In this document: piece by piece, positions 18,449 to 26,636 of the stretch
Layout: each line of letters opens with the position of its first letter
Numbering within the stretch: position 1 is the first letter of the stretch
From: Candidatus Uhrbacteria bacterium
GTDB lineage: Bacteria > Patescibacteriota > Patescibacteriia > UBA9934 > GWF2-40-263
DNA: 64,000 nucleotides
Direction: 5' to 3'
NCBI GenBank assembly: GCA_023246355.1
Contig: JAHFIQ010000003.1
Location: forward strand, 85,018-149,017
The notes under the pieces: generated by a model
Databases searched by the model: none
Told to the model about the DNA's origin: nothing
Seen by the model: the letters and a program-made list of their open reading frames with translations, nothing else
Position numbers and translations under genes: made by a program

Positions 18449-19401
18449 AATCCTAAATAAGCTACTTCCTCTTCTAACTGTATCCCAAGTTCGTTCCGTG
18501 TGCGAGTTTTGACAAGTGCAACGAGCTGAACCACTTCATCGGCCGTGGCGTTTCCGAGATTCACCACAAAATTTCCATGCATCTGACTGATCATGGCCTG
18601 ACCGATCTTTGTGCCTTTGAGATCCAACTGGTCGATGAGCCAGCCCGCAGAGAGCCTGCGAGCTGACAACATCTCTGGTGGTATATCGAGTTTTTGAGAA
18701 AGTCGTTGCAGCTCAGTTTCATCCTGGATCTGATAATTTTTAAACAGACATCCTGCTGATCCGGCATCAAGCGGCTGAGAGGATTTGCGCTTCATAAGCT
18801 TATCATCGAGTTCGGCTTTCAGCTCTCGCGCATCGCCTTCTTCTAGTTCAAACGTAGCTGAGAGAACAATGTCGTCGGTGTGTTTAAGCACGGACTCACG
18901 ATAACCAAGCTTCAAATCCACCTTATCTACTTTTTCCACCTTCCCACCTCTTAAGACCTCAACACTCACCAACCGATCCTTCATCTCTCCACCAAAACAT
19001 CCGGCATTTCCACGCACGCCGCCGCCAACCGTTCCAGGGAGCGAAATCGCCCAGGTGAGTCCTTTGAGTCCGGCGTTTGCCGTGGCTCTGGCAAGCGCGG
19101 AAGACAAAACTCCTGCCTGCGCCACGACACGTGTGCCATGAATTTCGTAAGTTCGCATCGCGATTTTGATAACGATCCCATCAAATCCCGCGTCAGAGGC
19201 AAGCGTGTTTGAACCGCCACCAAAAACGACAAACGGAATCCTGTTTGTCTTGGCAAGATCAATAACCTGTTGAAGTTCCTCCATGGTTCGGACTTCGACA
19301 AACCACTTGGCTGGTCCACCGATCCGAAAGTTCGTGTGCTTTGAAAGCAGCTCGTTTTCAAGAACGCGTGAGCCAACGATGTGTCGCAGAGATTCTGTCA
19401 T
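18445..19401 (-). CDS. murB: UDP-N-acetylenolpyruvoylglucosamine reductase MurB
   Basis: FAD-binding HTNFRIGGPAKWFVEV and FVVFGGGSN motifs; 4-bp overlaps with hpf and murC. Confidence 0.92.
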   Translation of the reverse strand: MTESLRHIVGSRVLENELLSKHTNFRIGGPAKWFVEVRTMEELQQVIDLAKTNRIPFVVFGGGSNTLASDAGFDGIVIKIAMRTYEIHGTRVVAQAGVLSSALARATANAGLKGLTWAISLPGTVGGGVRGNAGCFGGEMKDRLVSVEVLRGGKVEKVDKVDLKLGYRESVLKHTDDIVLSATFELEEGDARELKAELDDKLMKRKSSQPLDAGSAGCLFKNYQIQDETELQRLSQKLDIPPEMLSARRLSAGWLIDQLDLKGTKIGQAMISQMHGNFVVNLGNATADEVVQLVALVKTRTRNELGIQLEEEVAYLGF

Positions 19402-20744
19402 ACGAGGTGGCGAGCAACCGCATCAATGTCTCCCGCTCCCATTATAAGCAAAACATCGTTTGGTTGCACACGTTCGCGGAGTTGAGATTCGGCGTTGGAT
19501 AGGTCAGAGGCATAGGTCAAATGGGTCCCATGGGACTTATTGACAGTCTCAACTAAATTGCGTGAGCTTATATCGTGTTCTTCATTTCTCCCTGCCACAT
19601 CATAAATCTCTGCCACAATCGTGAGATCCGCCAAGGGGAGAACTTCAACGAACTCATTGAACAACTTTTTTGTCCGGTCGTGTTGGTGAGGCTGGTAACA
19701 CAATACAACTCGACGACCAGGAAAAAATTCCCGCGCCGCTTGAATCGTCTGCTTCACAGCCGTGGGATGATGACCATAGTCAGAAATAACTTCAGCACCT
19801 TTGTACACACCGACACGCTCAAACCTTCGCCAAATTCCTGTGAAGTCTGCAAGCGTGCGACGGCATGTTTCAAATGGAACACCCAGCTCCATGGCAGCGG
19901 CCGTAGCAGAGAGAGCGTTCATCGCATTAAAGACGCCAGGAATTTTCAAAAGCAACTCCCCGTGGTTTGTGCTAACGATTTGCTCTCCTGGTTTGGTTTC
20001 GCGCCCCTCCAACACATAGGTCGCATTGGTCTTCTGTGACCCATAGTGCACCGATCTCTCTGCCGTTAATTTCATCGACACCGGGTCGTCCGCATTCAAC
20101 ACCACCAAGCCCTTGCTTTTCAGCTTATCGACAAACGTTTGAAACGTCGCCTGGATGTGATCGATGTCACGATAATAATCCAAGTGGTCTTCTTCAATGT
20201 TAGTGAGCACAATCATCTCAGGATCCAAGTGCAACATGTTCGCCCGATATTCACAGCCTTCCACGACAAAGAAACGCCCTTTCCCGATGCGCAGATTCCC
20301 GTCCTTGAAGCTCGGTACCAGAGAGCCGACCAATACCGTTGGATCATACCCAGCCGCCTCCAGAATCAATCCAAGCATGGCCGTAGTTGTTGATTTACCG
20401 TTTGTGCCTGAGACAACGATCGTTGAAAACTCGCGTGAAACTTCACCAAGAAATTCAAAATTTGAGAGCTCACGGATTCCTTGGTCACGTGCGGCCTCTC
20501 GCTCCACATTGGATTCCGGCGCAGCCGGTGTGTAGATGAGCAGATCAACCCCATGGTGGACTTGATCACTCTTATGACCCACGTACACCTTGGCCCCTCG
20601 TTCTTCAAGATCCTGTGTCATCTGACTTGCCTGAATGTCTGATCCACTTACCTTTACTCCCTCATGCAAAAACCACTTTGCCAGAGCGGACATGCCGATC
20701 CCACCGATCCCAACGAAATGGACGTGGTTGTATCTCTCAAACAT
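19398..20744 (-). CDS. murC: UDP-N-acetylmuramate--L-alanine ligase MurC
   Basis: HFVGIGGIGMSALA Mur ligase P-loop. Start assigned to MFERYNHVHF (ATG RC of 20742-20744); the track ORF extends further upstream through repeats. Confidence 0.9.
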   Translation of the reverse strand: MFERYNHVHFVGIGGIGMSALAKWFLHEGVKVSGSDIQASQMTQDLEERGAKVYVGHKSDQVHHGVDLLIYTPAAPESNVEREAARDQGIRELSNFEFLGEVSREFSTIVVSGTNGKSTTTAMLGLILEAAGYDPTVLVGSLVPSFKDGNLRIGKGRFFVVEGCEYRANMLHLDPEMIVLTNIEEDHLDYYRDIDHIQATFQTFVDKLKSKGLVVLNADDPVSMKLTAERSVHYGSQKTNATYVLEGRETKPGEQIVSTNHGELLLKIPGVFNAMNALSATAAAMELGVPFETCRRTLADFTGIWRRFERVGVYKGAEVISDYGHHPTAVKQTIQAAREFFPGRRVVLCYQPHQHDRTKKLFNEFVEVLPLADLTIVAEIYDVAGRNEEHDISSRNLVETVNKSHGTHLTYASDLSNAESQLRERVQPNDVLLIMGAGDIDAVARHLV

Positions 20745-20753
20745 ACATGCACG

Positions 20754-20762
20754 ATTGTAGCA
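20754..20762 (-). promoter_or_regulatory. extended -10 promoter (TGCTACAAT) placed for a leaderless murC mRNA
   Basis: Coding-strand TGcTACAAT followed by only 9 nt before the murC ATG. Confidence 0.45.
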
Positions 20763-20763
20763 T

Positions 20764-20866
20764 AGGTAGACAAGGTGGATTAGGTAGACAAGGTGGCAAG
20801 GAAATTTGAAATCCCTCATCCACCTGATCCACCTCTTCCACCTTATCTACCTCCTCAAAATGAAAA
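20764..20866 (-). repeat. AGGTAGACAAGGTGG direct repeats plus inverted CCACCT/CTACCT repeats upstream of murC
   Basis: aggtagacaaggtgg at 20764-20778 and 20782-20796 (18-bp period). Inverted copies atccacctgatccacctcttccaccttatctacct at 20811-20866. Confidence 0.6.
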
Positions 20867-20880
20867 ACGCCAGGCTAGGC

Positions 20881-22182
20881 CTAGCGCGTCGTTGTTGGCC
20901 TCAAGGGCCGTGCTTCTAGATGTGTGCGATCGATCCAGCGAAGGATCAAATCATCATGAACCGTGTTCCAGACGATCGAACCATCAGGGTGCTCGTGAAG
21001 GTTCCACGCGAGCGGCACAGCGGTGAGCCGACGTCCATGCACGATCGGCTTGTCCCAGACGCCATCGTGAACGATCACGGCTTCAATGGCACCTGCGTCG
21101 CTTACAAGAACCTCACGGACGACGACGCCCTCTGGAAACTCGCGATCCTCCACTGGGGTGACCAGATGCTCATGCCACTTCCCATCAAGCTTCACACGCA
21201 TACGAGCGGCAAAGGATGTCCCACTCTGTGACCAAAAAACATCTGGCCGTGCAAGCGTGAAAGCACCCTCATGGACGAGCGTCTGGTTGTTGAGCAGAAG
21301 TCTTCGTTCATCCCCCGCCGCGTCTCGAGGCCGCACAAGCGTGAGCAAACCCAAGTGGGTCGGTGAACTCCAGACCTCTTCAAGCTGTCCATCGATGGGA
21401 ACCAAGCGCGGCTTGCCGTCGACATGTTTCCCTGTCTCGATGAGAAGCGATCGGTACGGTGTGCGTGTGGCGAGCAGATGCTGACCCTGCCATCTCACGA
21501 AACGAATCGTGGGATCGATCGTACAAGGCGAAAATGGTTCGATGCCATCCTGACTGATCTCGTAGGCATACGAACGACCACCAAGTTCTTCCACCACGCA
21601 CAGTGTTTCATCTGCGTAGAGCTCAACCTTGGCTCCCGTGGCGATCGGCAGCAGTCCCCAGGGTGTGATGATCACGTTTTCCCCTGGAAAGGCAGCTTGC
21701 TCTCCCACAGGCATCCGCACGGCGCCATTTGTGTAGGAGCCGACCATGCGATTCATTGGGAAGAGATACTGACGCAGACCAGCTGCGATGAGCCAGACGC
21801 CAGGAGCATACCCACGCACCTGTCCCCAAACCAGAACATGGTTGTCATGGACACGCAGGATCCTCGTCCCGCCCTGGTCCTTCCCCACGAGCCGCTGAAA
21901 CACCATCCTGGCGTCAAAGCCACTGTGGAAGAGTTCTTCCTCCTGGTCGCGCGTCAGGATGATGGCCACATGGGAACCACTTGGCGTGCACGCAAGTTGA
22001 TCTCCGGCCATAAGCCGACGAAGCATCAGCGCACTTGGAGAGAGAGGAAGCTGACAGATCGTGTGCATCTCGCCCGAGAATCCGGGTTCAGACAAACGCA
22101 CGACGCTGCTTTGCGTCCTGGGAGTTGCGAGTGTGGTCACGGCAACCTCCTTGTTTTGCGTACACAGGATGCGTACGGTCAT
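20881..22182 (-). CDS. hypothetical protein (433 aa), moderately GC-enriched
   Basis: Long ORF with no recognised motifs and GC ~57%, above the local baseline. Several internal Met make the start uncertain. Confidence 0.45.
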   Translation of the reverse strand: MTVRILCTQNKEVAVTTLATPRTQSSVVRLSEPGFSGEMHTICQLPLSPSALMLRRLMAGDQLACTPSGSHVAIILTRDQEEELFHSGFDARMVFQRLVGKDQGGTRILRVHDNHVLVWGQVRGYAPGVWLIAAGLRQYLFPMNRMVGSYTNGAVRMPVGEQAAFPGENVIITPWGLLPIATGAKVELYADETLCVVEELGGRSYAYEISQDGIEPFSPCTIDPTIRFVRWQGQHLLATRTPYRSLLIETGKHVDGKPRLVPIDGQLEEVWSSPTHLGLLTLVRPRDAAGDERRLLLNNQTLVHEGAFTLARPDVFWSQSGTSFAARMRVKLDGKWHEHLVTPVEDREFPEGVVVREVLVSDAGAIEAVIVHDGVWDKPIVHGRRLTAVPLAWNLHEHPDGSIVWNTVHDDLILRWIDRTHLEARPLRPTTTR

Positions 22183-22207
22183 CTCAACCTAGCGAGAATC
22201 TTCCGGT

Positions 22208-22237
22208 TTGTCAATCACACAGGTGACCGAGTAGAAT
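22208..22237 (+). promoter_or_regulatory. sigma70-like promoter of glyA (TTGTCA-18-TAGAAT), near-leaderless
   Basis: TTGTCA at 22208 and TAGAAT at 22232. Only 9 nt between the -10 and the glyA ATG and no Shine-Dalgarno. Confidence 0.5.
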
Positions 22238-22246
22238 AGTGGGGCT

Positions 22247-23530
22247 ATGAAACTCAATGAAATCGACCTGGACGTTGCACGAGCCTTGAATCACGAACTT
22301 CTTCGAGAGCAGGAAGGCCTAGAAATGATTCCCAGTGAAAACTTCGTTTCCGAGGCTGTGCTTGAGGCGCTTGGTTCGATTGGCACAAACAAATATTCAG
22401 AAGGCTATCCAGGCCAACGCTACTATGGTGGCTGTGAATGGGTGGATGTGATTGAGAACCTGGCGCGAGATCGAGCAAAAGCTCTCTTTGGCGTCACGCA
22501 TGCAAACGTCCAGCCAGCCTCAGGATGCGCGGCCAACATCGCCGCCATGTTTGCCCTCTTGGAACCTGGAGACACGCTCATGGGCATGAATCTGTTCTAC
22601 GGCGGACACATGACCCACGGCCTGCCCGTCAACTTTTCAGGTCGCTACTACAAATCGATTCAATACACATCCACCAAGGACGGCTTCATGGATTTTGACC
22701 AAATGCGGTCGCTCGCTCTTGAACACAAACCAAAACTCGTGATCGTCGGAGCCACGGCGTATCCAAGAATCATCGATTGGCAGAAGGCGCGTGAAGTCGC
22801 CGATGCGGTGGGCGCCTTTCTGATGGCCGACGTTTCACATATTGCCGGGTTGATCGTCTCAGGAGATCATCCATCTCCTGTGGGAATTGCGGACGTGATC
22901 ACGACGACAACACATAAAACTCTGCGTGGTCCCCGAGGGGCCATGATCCTGTGCAATGGCAATCCCTCCACGCCGCTGAAAAAAGTCGATGTCACAAAAG
23001 AAAACATCCCCACACTCATTGATCGCGCCATCATTCCAGGTCTGCAAGGCGGGCCACACAATCACCAGACAGCCGCGATTGCAGTCGCTCTCAAAGAAGC
23101 AGCACAACCTGACTTCAAAGAATACGGTCATCAGATTGTGAAAAACGCAAAGACGTTGGCTGCTGCGCTGACACGCCAGGGCTTTGAGCTCATCACAGGC
23201 GGCACTGACAATCACCTCATGGTTGTAGATCTCACGAACAAAAATATCTCAGGGAAGCAAGCCGAACAGGCGCTCGGACTCGCTGGCATCACCGTGAACA
23301 AAAATACTATCCCCTTTGAACCCCGCACGCCGTTTGATCCATCGGGGATCCGTCTTGGCACGCCAGCTCTCACCACGCGAGGGATGAAGGAAGTTGAAAT
23401 GGAAACGATCGGCAGCTGGATCGATGAGGCGATCGTCAACTGGAACAACGAATCAAAACTTACCTCGATCAAGTCAGGTGTGAAAGAGATGACAGATCGA
23501 TTTCCTCTGTATCCAAACCTCCACTACTAG
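22247..23530 (+). CDS. glyA: serine hydroxymethyltransferase
   Basis: PLP-lysine region TTTTHKTLRGPRGAMI and glycine-rich GMNLFYGGHMTHG; 427 aa. Confidence 0.97.
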   Translation: MKLNEIDLDVARALNHELLREQEGLEMIPSENFVSEAVLEALGSIGTNKYSEGYPGQRYYGGCEWVDVIENLARDRAKALFGVTHANVQPASGCAANIAAMFALLEPGDTLMGMNLFYGGHMTHGLPVNFSGRYYKSIQYTSTKDGFMDFDQMRSLALEHKPKLVIVGATAYPRIIDWQKAREVADAVGAFLMADVSHIAGLIVSGDHPSPVGIADVITTTTHKTLRGPRGAMILCNGNPSTPLKKVDVTKENIPTLIDRAIIPGLQGGPHNHQTAAIAVALKEAAQPDFKEYGHQIVKNAKTLAAALTRQGFELITGGTDNHLMVVDLTNKNISGKQAEQALGLAGITVNKNTIPFEPRTPFDPSGIRLGTPALTTRGMKEVEMETIGSWIDEAIVNWNNESKLTSIKSGVKEMTDRFPLYPNLHY

Positions 23531-23533
23531 TCT

Positions 23534-24355
23534 ATGGCAATGATTCTAGATGGTAGAACCCTCGCACAAAACATCCGTGAAAAAATAAAAGCTCGCGTGT
23601 CAACACTGGCAACCAAGCCAGGCCTGGCCGTTCTTTTGGTTGGCTCAGATCCTGCCAGCCACACCTACGTGGCCCTTAAAAAAAAGGCCTGTGAGGAAGC
23701 AGGAATCCGTTTTGAACAGCATCTCTATTTTGCCAACGAGTCTGAAGAGACACTCATCAAAAAAATTCACGAGCTGAATGCGCGAGAAGATGTAACCGGC
23801 ATCCTCGTTCAACTCCCCTTGCCCACACAGGATGCTGACCGTGTGATCGCTGAAATAGATTCACTCAAAGATGTCGACGGTTTCCATCCGGCGAATCTTC
23901 AAAATCTGGAAGCAGGAAAACCATCCATCGCCTCGGCCGTGGCCCTGGGGATTATGAAACTGATCGGTGAGGCGAAAGGATCCCAGGCCCTCATCGTCTC
24001 TTCTCCCTTGTTTGCAAGACCTCTTCAAATTCTCTTGCGCGAACGAAAGATCTTCTCGACTGTTGTGCAGAGCCATGATCCCCACCTTGCTGAAAAAACA
24101 CGCGCGGCAGATATTCTCATCACCGCTGTTGGACAACCGGTTCTGATCACTGGTGACATGGTGAAACCTGGTGCGACCGTGATCGATGTGGGAACCACAC
24201 GAACGGAAGTTGGTCTCAAAGGTGATGTGGACTTTGATTCTGTCTCACAGATCGCCGGAGCGATCACGCCAGTTCCAGGCGGCGTTGGGCCCATGACCGT
24301 CGCGATGTTGCTTGTGAATATCCTAAAAGCGTACGATTTACAGCGTCGGCATTGA
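23534..24355 (+). CDS. folD: bifunctional methylene-THF dehydrogenase/cyclohydrolase FolD
   Basis: MAMILDGRTLAQNIREKIKARV and VGSDPASHTYVALKKKACEEAGI signatures. Confidence 0.95.
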   Translation: MAMILDGRTLAQNIREKIKARVSTLATKPGLAVLLVGSDPASHTYVALKKKACEEAGIRFEQHLYFANESEETLIKKIHELNAREDVTGILVQLPLPTQDADRVIAEIDSLKDVDGFHPANLQNLEAGKPSIASAVALGIMKLIGEAKGSQALIVSSPLFARPLQILLRERKIFSTVVQSHDPHLAEKTRAADILITAVGQPVLITGDMVKPGATVIDVGTTRTEVGLKGDVDFDSVSQIAGAITPVPGGVGPMTVAMLLVNILKAYDLQRRH

Positions 24356-24379
24356 CATTTCTGAAATTTCCTGTATCAT
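24352..24379 (+). promoter_or_regulatory. strong sigma70-like promoter (TTGACA-16-TATCAT) for the GC-rich gene at 24463
   Basis: TTGACA at 24352-24357 (overlaps the folD stop) and TATCAT at 24374-24379. Confidence 0.55.
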
Positions 24380-24415
24380 ACTCGACTCGTGAGCGTCCTG
24401 CTTGCGATTCGACCT

Positions 24416-24441
24416 GTCACGTCGGTCGCGACCGACGTGAC
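24416..24441 (+). promoter_or_regulatory. perfect 13-bp-arm palindrome/hairpin in the 5' UTR
   Basis: GTCACGTCGGTCGCGACCGACGTGAC lies between the promoter and an AGGAG Shine-Dalgarno 8 nt before the ATG at 24463. Confidence 0.5.
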
Positions 24442-24462
24442 CTGCCACAGGAGACTGGACCG

Positions 24463-24798
24463 ATGTTGCCTCTCAAGCATATCAGTGGTCAGCAGCGTGT
24501 CGCCGCTCACGTCTTCATCGAAGACGGAGAGCGCGCGGTGTGTGTCGTGCTCTACAGCCGAGAGACCTCCAAGGCCGTGGACGCCCTGAGGTTGGAGGAG
24601 CGAGACATCGAGGTCGCGACGACCGAAGTCCGTCGCTGGATCCGTCCGCGGTTTCTCGATCGTGAGAGCCTCGATGAACTCATCGCCTGGGTTCGCGAGG
24701 ATCACGAAACCTGGCTCGAAGTCCTCTCCGGCGGCAACCCCATGACCGCCTGGCTGGGCTCGCGAGGCCGTCGCAGGATCCCCCAGATCGAGGCCTAG
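24463..24798 (+). CDS. hypothetical protein (111 aa), high-GC (foreign-looking) gene
   Basis: ORF MLPLKHISGQQRVAAHVFIEDGERAV...RRRIPQIEA at ~63% GC with GC3-rich codons, preceded by its own promoter, hairpin and SD. The competing antisense ORF 24376..24816 was not preferred. Confidence 0.5.
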   Translation: MLPLKHISGQQRVAAHVFIEDGERAVCVVLYSRETSKAVDALRLEERDIEVATTEVRRWIRPRFLDRESLDELIAWVREDHETWLEVLSGGNPMTAWLGSRGRRRIPQIEA

Positions 24799-24846
24799 AC
24801 TTTGGGCCTTCGCCAATCACGCAGATCCTGATTCGCTACCAGGATC

Positions 24847-24901
24847 AAACCCGCCATATGACTCATGAGCAACCATGGGGATCTATGGCGGTTTTATTTT
24901 T
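24847..24901 (+). terminator. intrinsic terminator after the 24463 gene
   Basis: AAACCCGCCATA...TATGGCGGTTTT stem followed by ATTTTTG. Confidence 0.45.
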
Positions 24902-24906
24902 GCTGA

Positions 24907-25032
24907 GACCTCTGCAAAACTCGCGATCTTGCGTTTCACGGGCGCCCGTCGACCCCACTCTACATAGATAACCTACGTTTCGTGGGGCTCGACAGCCCGT
25001 TCAACGCAATCTCATCGAGTTTTTGAGAGGTC
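24907..25032 (-). repeat. MITE-like structured repeat, copy D (inverted orientation, diverged core)
   Basis: Termini GACCTCTGCAAAACTCGCGATCTTGCG ... CGCAATCTCATCGAGTTTTTGAGAGGTC match the reverse complement of copies A-C. The core has diverged. Overlaps the 3' end of CDS 25012-25419. Confidence 0.7.
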
Positions 25033-25419
25033 TCGTTTTGGTCGAGCTGCCGCAATCGCTCCAACGATAATCGCGACCACGTTGATCCAGTTGGCGTTGA
25101 TCACACCCCAATTCAAGATGCTGGACCAGCCAAGCCCATAGACAGGTCTCACAAGAACGATGGCTACCACGAACATGAGGATGATCCATCCAAAGGCGGT
25201 GACAAAACGCGCAGACCAGTTATTTTGAGCCCGACGAAAATAGAGATAACTGACTAGCAGGGTCCACAAAGGTGTAAAAATATTGACCGCAACATAGACG
25301 GCCGGATGTGCGGTCGCCTGATAAGCGCTCACCAGAAGAAACGAGACTGGATACCACACAAGAACGTACAGGAGAAAAAAGGCAAACCATCGCTTCGTGA
25401 AATAAAATGAGTCGTTCAT
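25012..25419 (-). CDS. small polytopic membrane protein (hypothetical)
   Basis: 135 aa with four hydrophobic segments. The last ~7 codons derive from repeat copy D. Confidence 0.4.
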   Translation of the reverse strand: MNDSFYFTKRWFAFFLLYVLVWYPVSFLLVSAYQATAHPAVYVAVNIFTPLWTLLVSYLYFRRAQNNWSARFVTAFGWIILMFVVAIVLVRPVYGLGWSSILNWGVINANWINVVAIIVGAIAAARPKRDLSKTR

Positions 25420-25425
25420 AGAAAA

Positions 25426-26580
25426 TTAGATACGTGTTTGAATGATCTCCAAAATAATTCCGATGAGAAATACCACCATAAGCATCCGAGTGAGTGGCGT
25501 GGGGAAGTTAATGCACTGTGGCTGCTTGCACAATCCTTTGCCTCGCATCACTTCATAGGAACGCGCGATCAAGATCGCCAAGATCCCTCCGAAGATACTT
25601 CCGACAAAACCAATGATCGTCATAAACTCCCGCACGCCAAAGGCAAAAAGGAATATCGGCACCAGAGTCGTGAGCAGCCACGCGTGAAGATGCGAGAGTC
25701 GGAAATCGAATTTGAAAATGTTTAAAAGTTCGATGCCCAGGATCAGATAAATCGAGATGACCGTGATGAGACCCAAGAGTGGTGCAAGAAAGCCGAACGT
25801 ATTTCCCAGAACTGTGAGCCCGTCAAAGGCAATGGGTGTGGTCGCGGACCCGGAGACCCCAACCACGGCCACACTAAAAAGACCGTACAAAACGCCAATC
25901 ACGGACATGGCGACGATGATGGCACGAGCTAATTCACGTTTATGCCTCACTCCAAGGACTTCTTTCATTTCCGGCACAATGCCAAACCCCGAAAGCGCAA
26001 ACAACAGAACACCGAAGGGAAAAAACCATTGCGAGGAATGCAACGTAAAAAGCGCGCTGGCTGAAATATGTGGAAGACTCGCAAAGATCACGAAGACAAA
26101 AAGGAACAAGAGAAGAATCACCACAAGCACCTCGATTCGTGAGGCGAGCCGCAGACCTCCCCAGATGAGCATAGAGGCGACAATGCCGATGACATAGGCA
26201 TGTTGGATCGCCGCGTCGCCAACGGCTCCGGTCATGAGCGAAAGAAACTGGCCACCCACCACCATGTAGGCCTGCATCGCTCCCCAAACCGCACAAGCCA
26301 TGCAGACCAAGGCTACCCATTTCGCGCGATCTCCAAGATACACATGCAGAGCGCTCACCAACCGGTGTCGACCTGGGGTTTGGACAATCACCTCGGCAAA
26401 CATGAGCTGAAGAATCGTCAGCGCGGCACAGAGCAACAACAATTCAAGCAGACCAAGCGCCACACCACTTTGCGCAAAAGCATACGGCAAGCCAAAAACG
26501 CCTACGCCAACAATGGCGCCAATCATGAGACCTACGGATCGTAAAAAGGGAACGTTTGGATGGACCACAGTTATCCTCAA
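25426..26580 (-). CDS. amino acid permease (aromatic/hydroxy amino acid transporter family-like)
   Basis: 384 aa, ~11 TM segments, with GLPYAFAQSG-type N-terminal motif typical of Trp/Tyr/Ser permease families. Confidence 0.75.
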   Translation of the reverse strand: MRITVVHPNVPFLRSVGLMIGAIVGVGVFGLPYAFAQSGVALGLLELLLLCAALTILQLMFAEVIVQTPGRHRLVSALHVYLGDRAKWVALVCMACAVWGAMQAYMVVGGQFLSLMTGAVGDAAIQHAYVIGIVASMLIWGGLRLASRIEVLVVILLLFLFVFVIFASLPHISASALFTLHSSQWFFPFGVLLFALSGFGIVPEMKEVLGVRHKRELARAIIVAMSVIGVLYGLFSVAVVGVSGSATTPIAFDGLTVLGNTFGFLAPLLGLITVISIYLILGIELLNIFKFDFRLSHLHAWLLTTLVPIFLFAFGVREFMTIIGFVGSIFGGILAILIARSYEVMRGKGLCKQPQCINFPTPLTRMLMVVFLIGIILEIIQTRI

Positions 26581-26593
26581 GTTTCACTCAGAT

Positions 26594-26621
26594 TATAACA
26601 TAAACGCGGCTTGCTTGTGCG
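26594..26621 (+). promoter_or_regulatory. putative dnaB promoter (TTGCTT-16-TAAGAT), short leader
   Basis: cTTGCTTgtgcggctcctcgtgcTAAGATgcacgacgttATG; about 10 nt between the -10 and the ATG. Confidence 0.35.
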
Positions 26622-26636
26622 GCTCCTCGTGCTAAG

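Noticed and set aside
20764-20866. CRISPR array hypothesis for the AGGTGG/CCACCT repeat clusters
   Set aside because: Units are 6-15 bp with irregular 3-4 bp gaps and no uniform ~30-bp spacers. The dnaK copy overlaps a stop codon. No cas genes nearby.
21424-22239. Plus-strand ORF 21424..22239 (271 aa)
   Set aside because: Antisense to the 433-aa minus-strand ORF. It would collide with the glyA promoter. Neither has homology support, but the minus-strand ORF is longer and fits the gene run.
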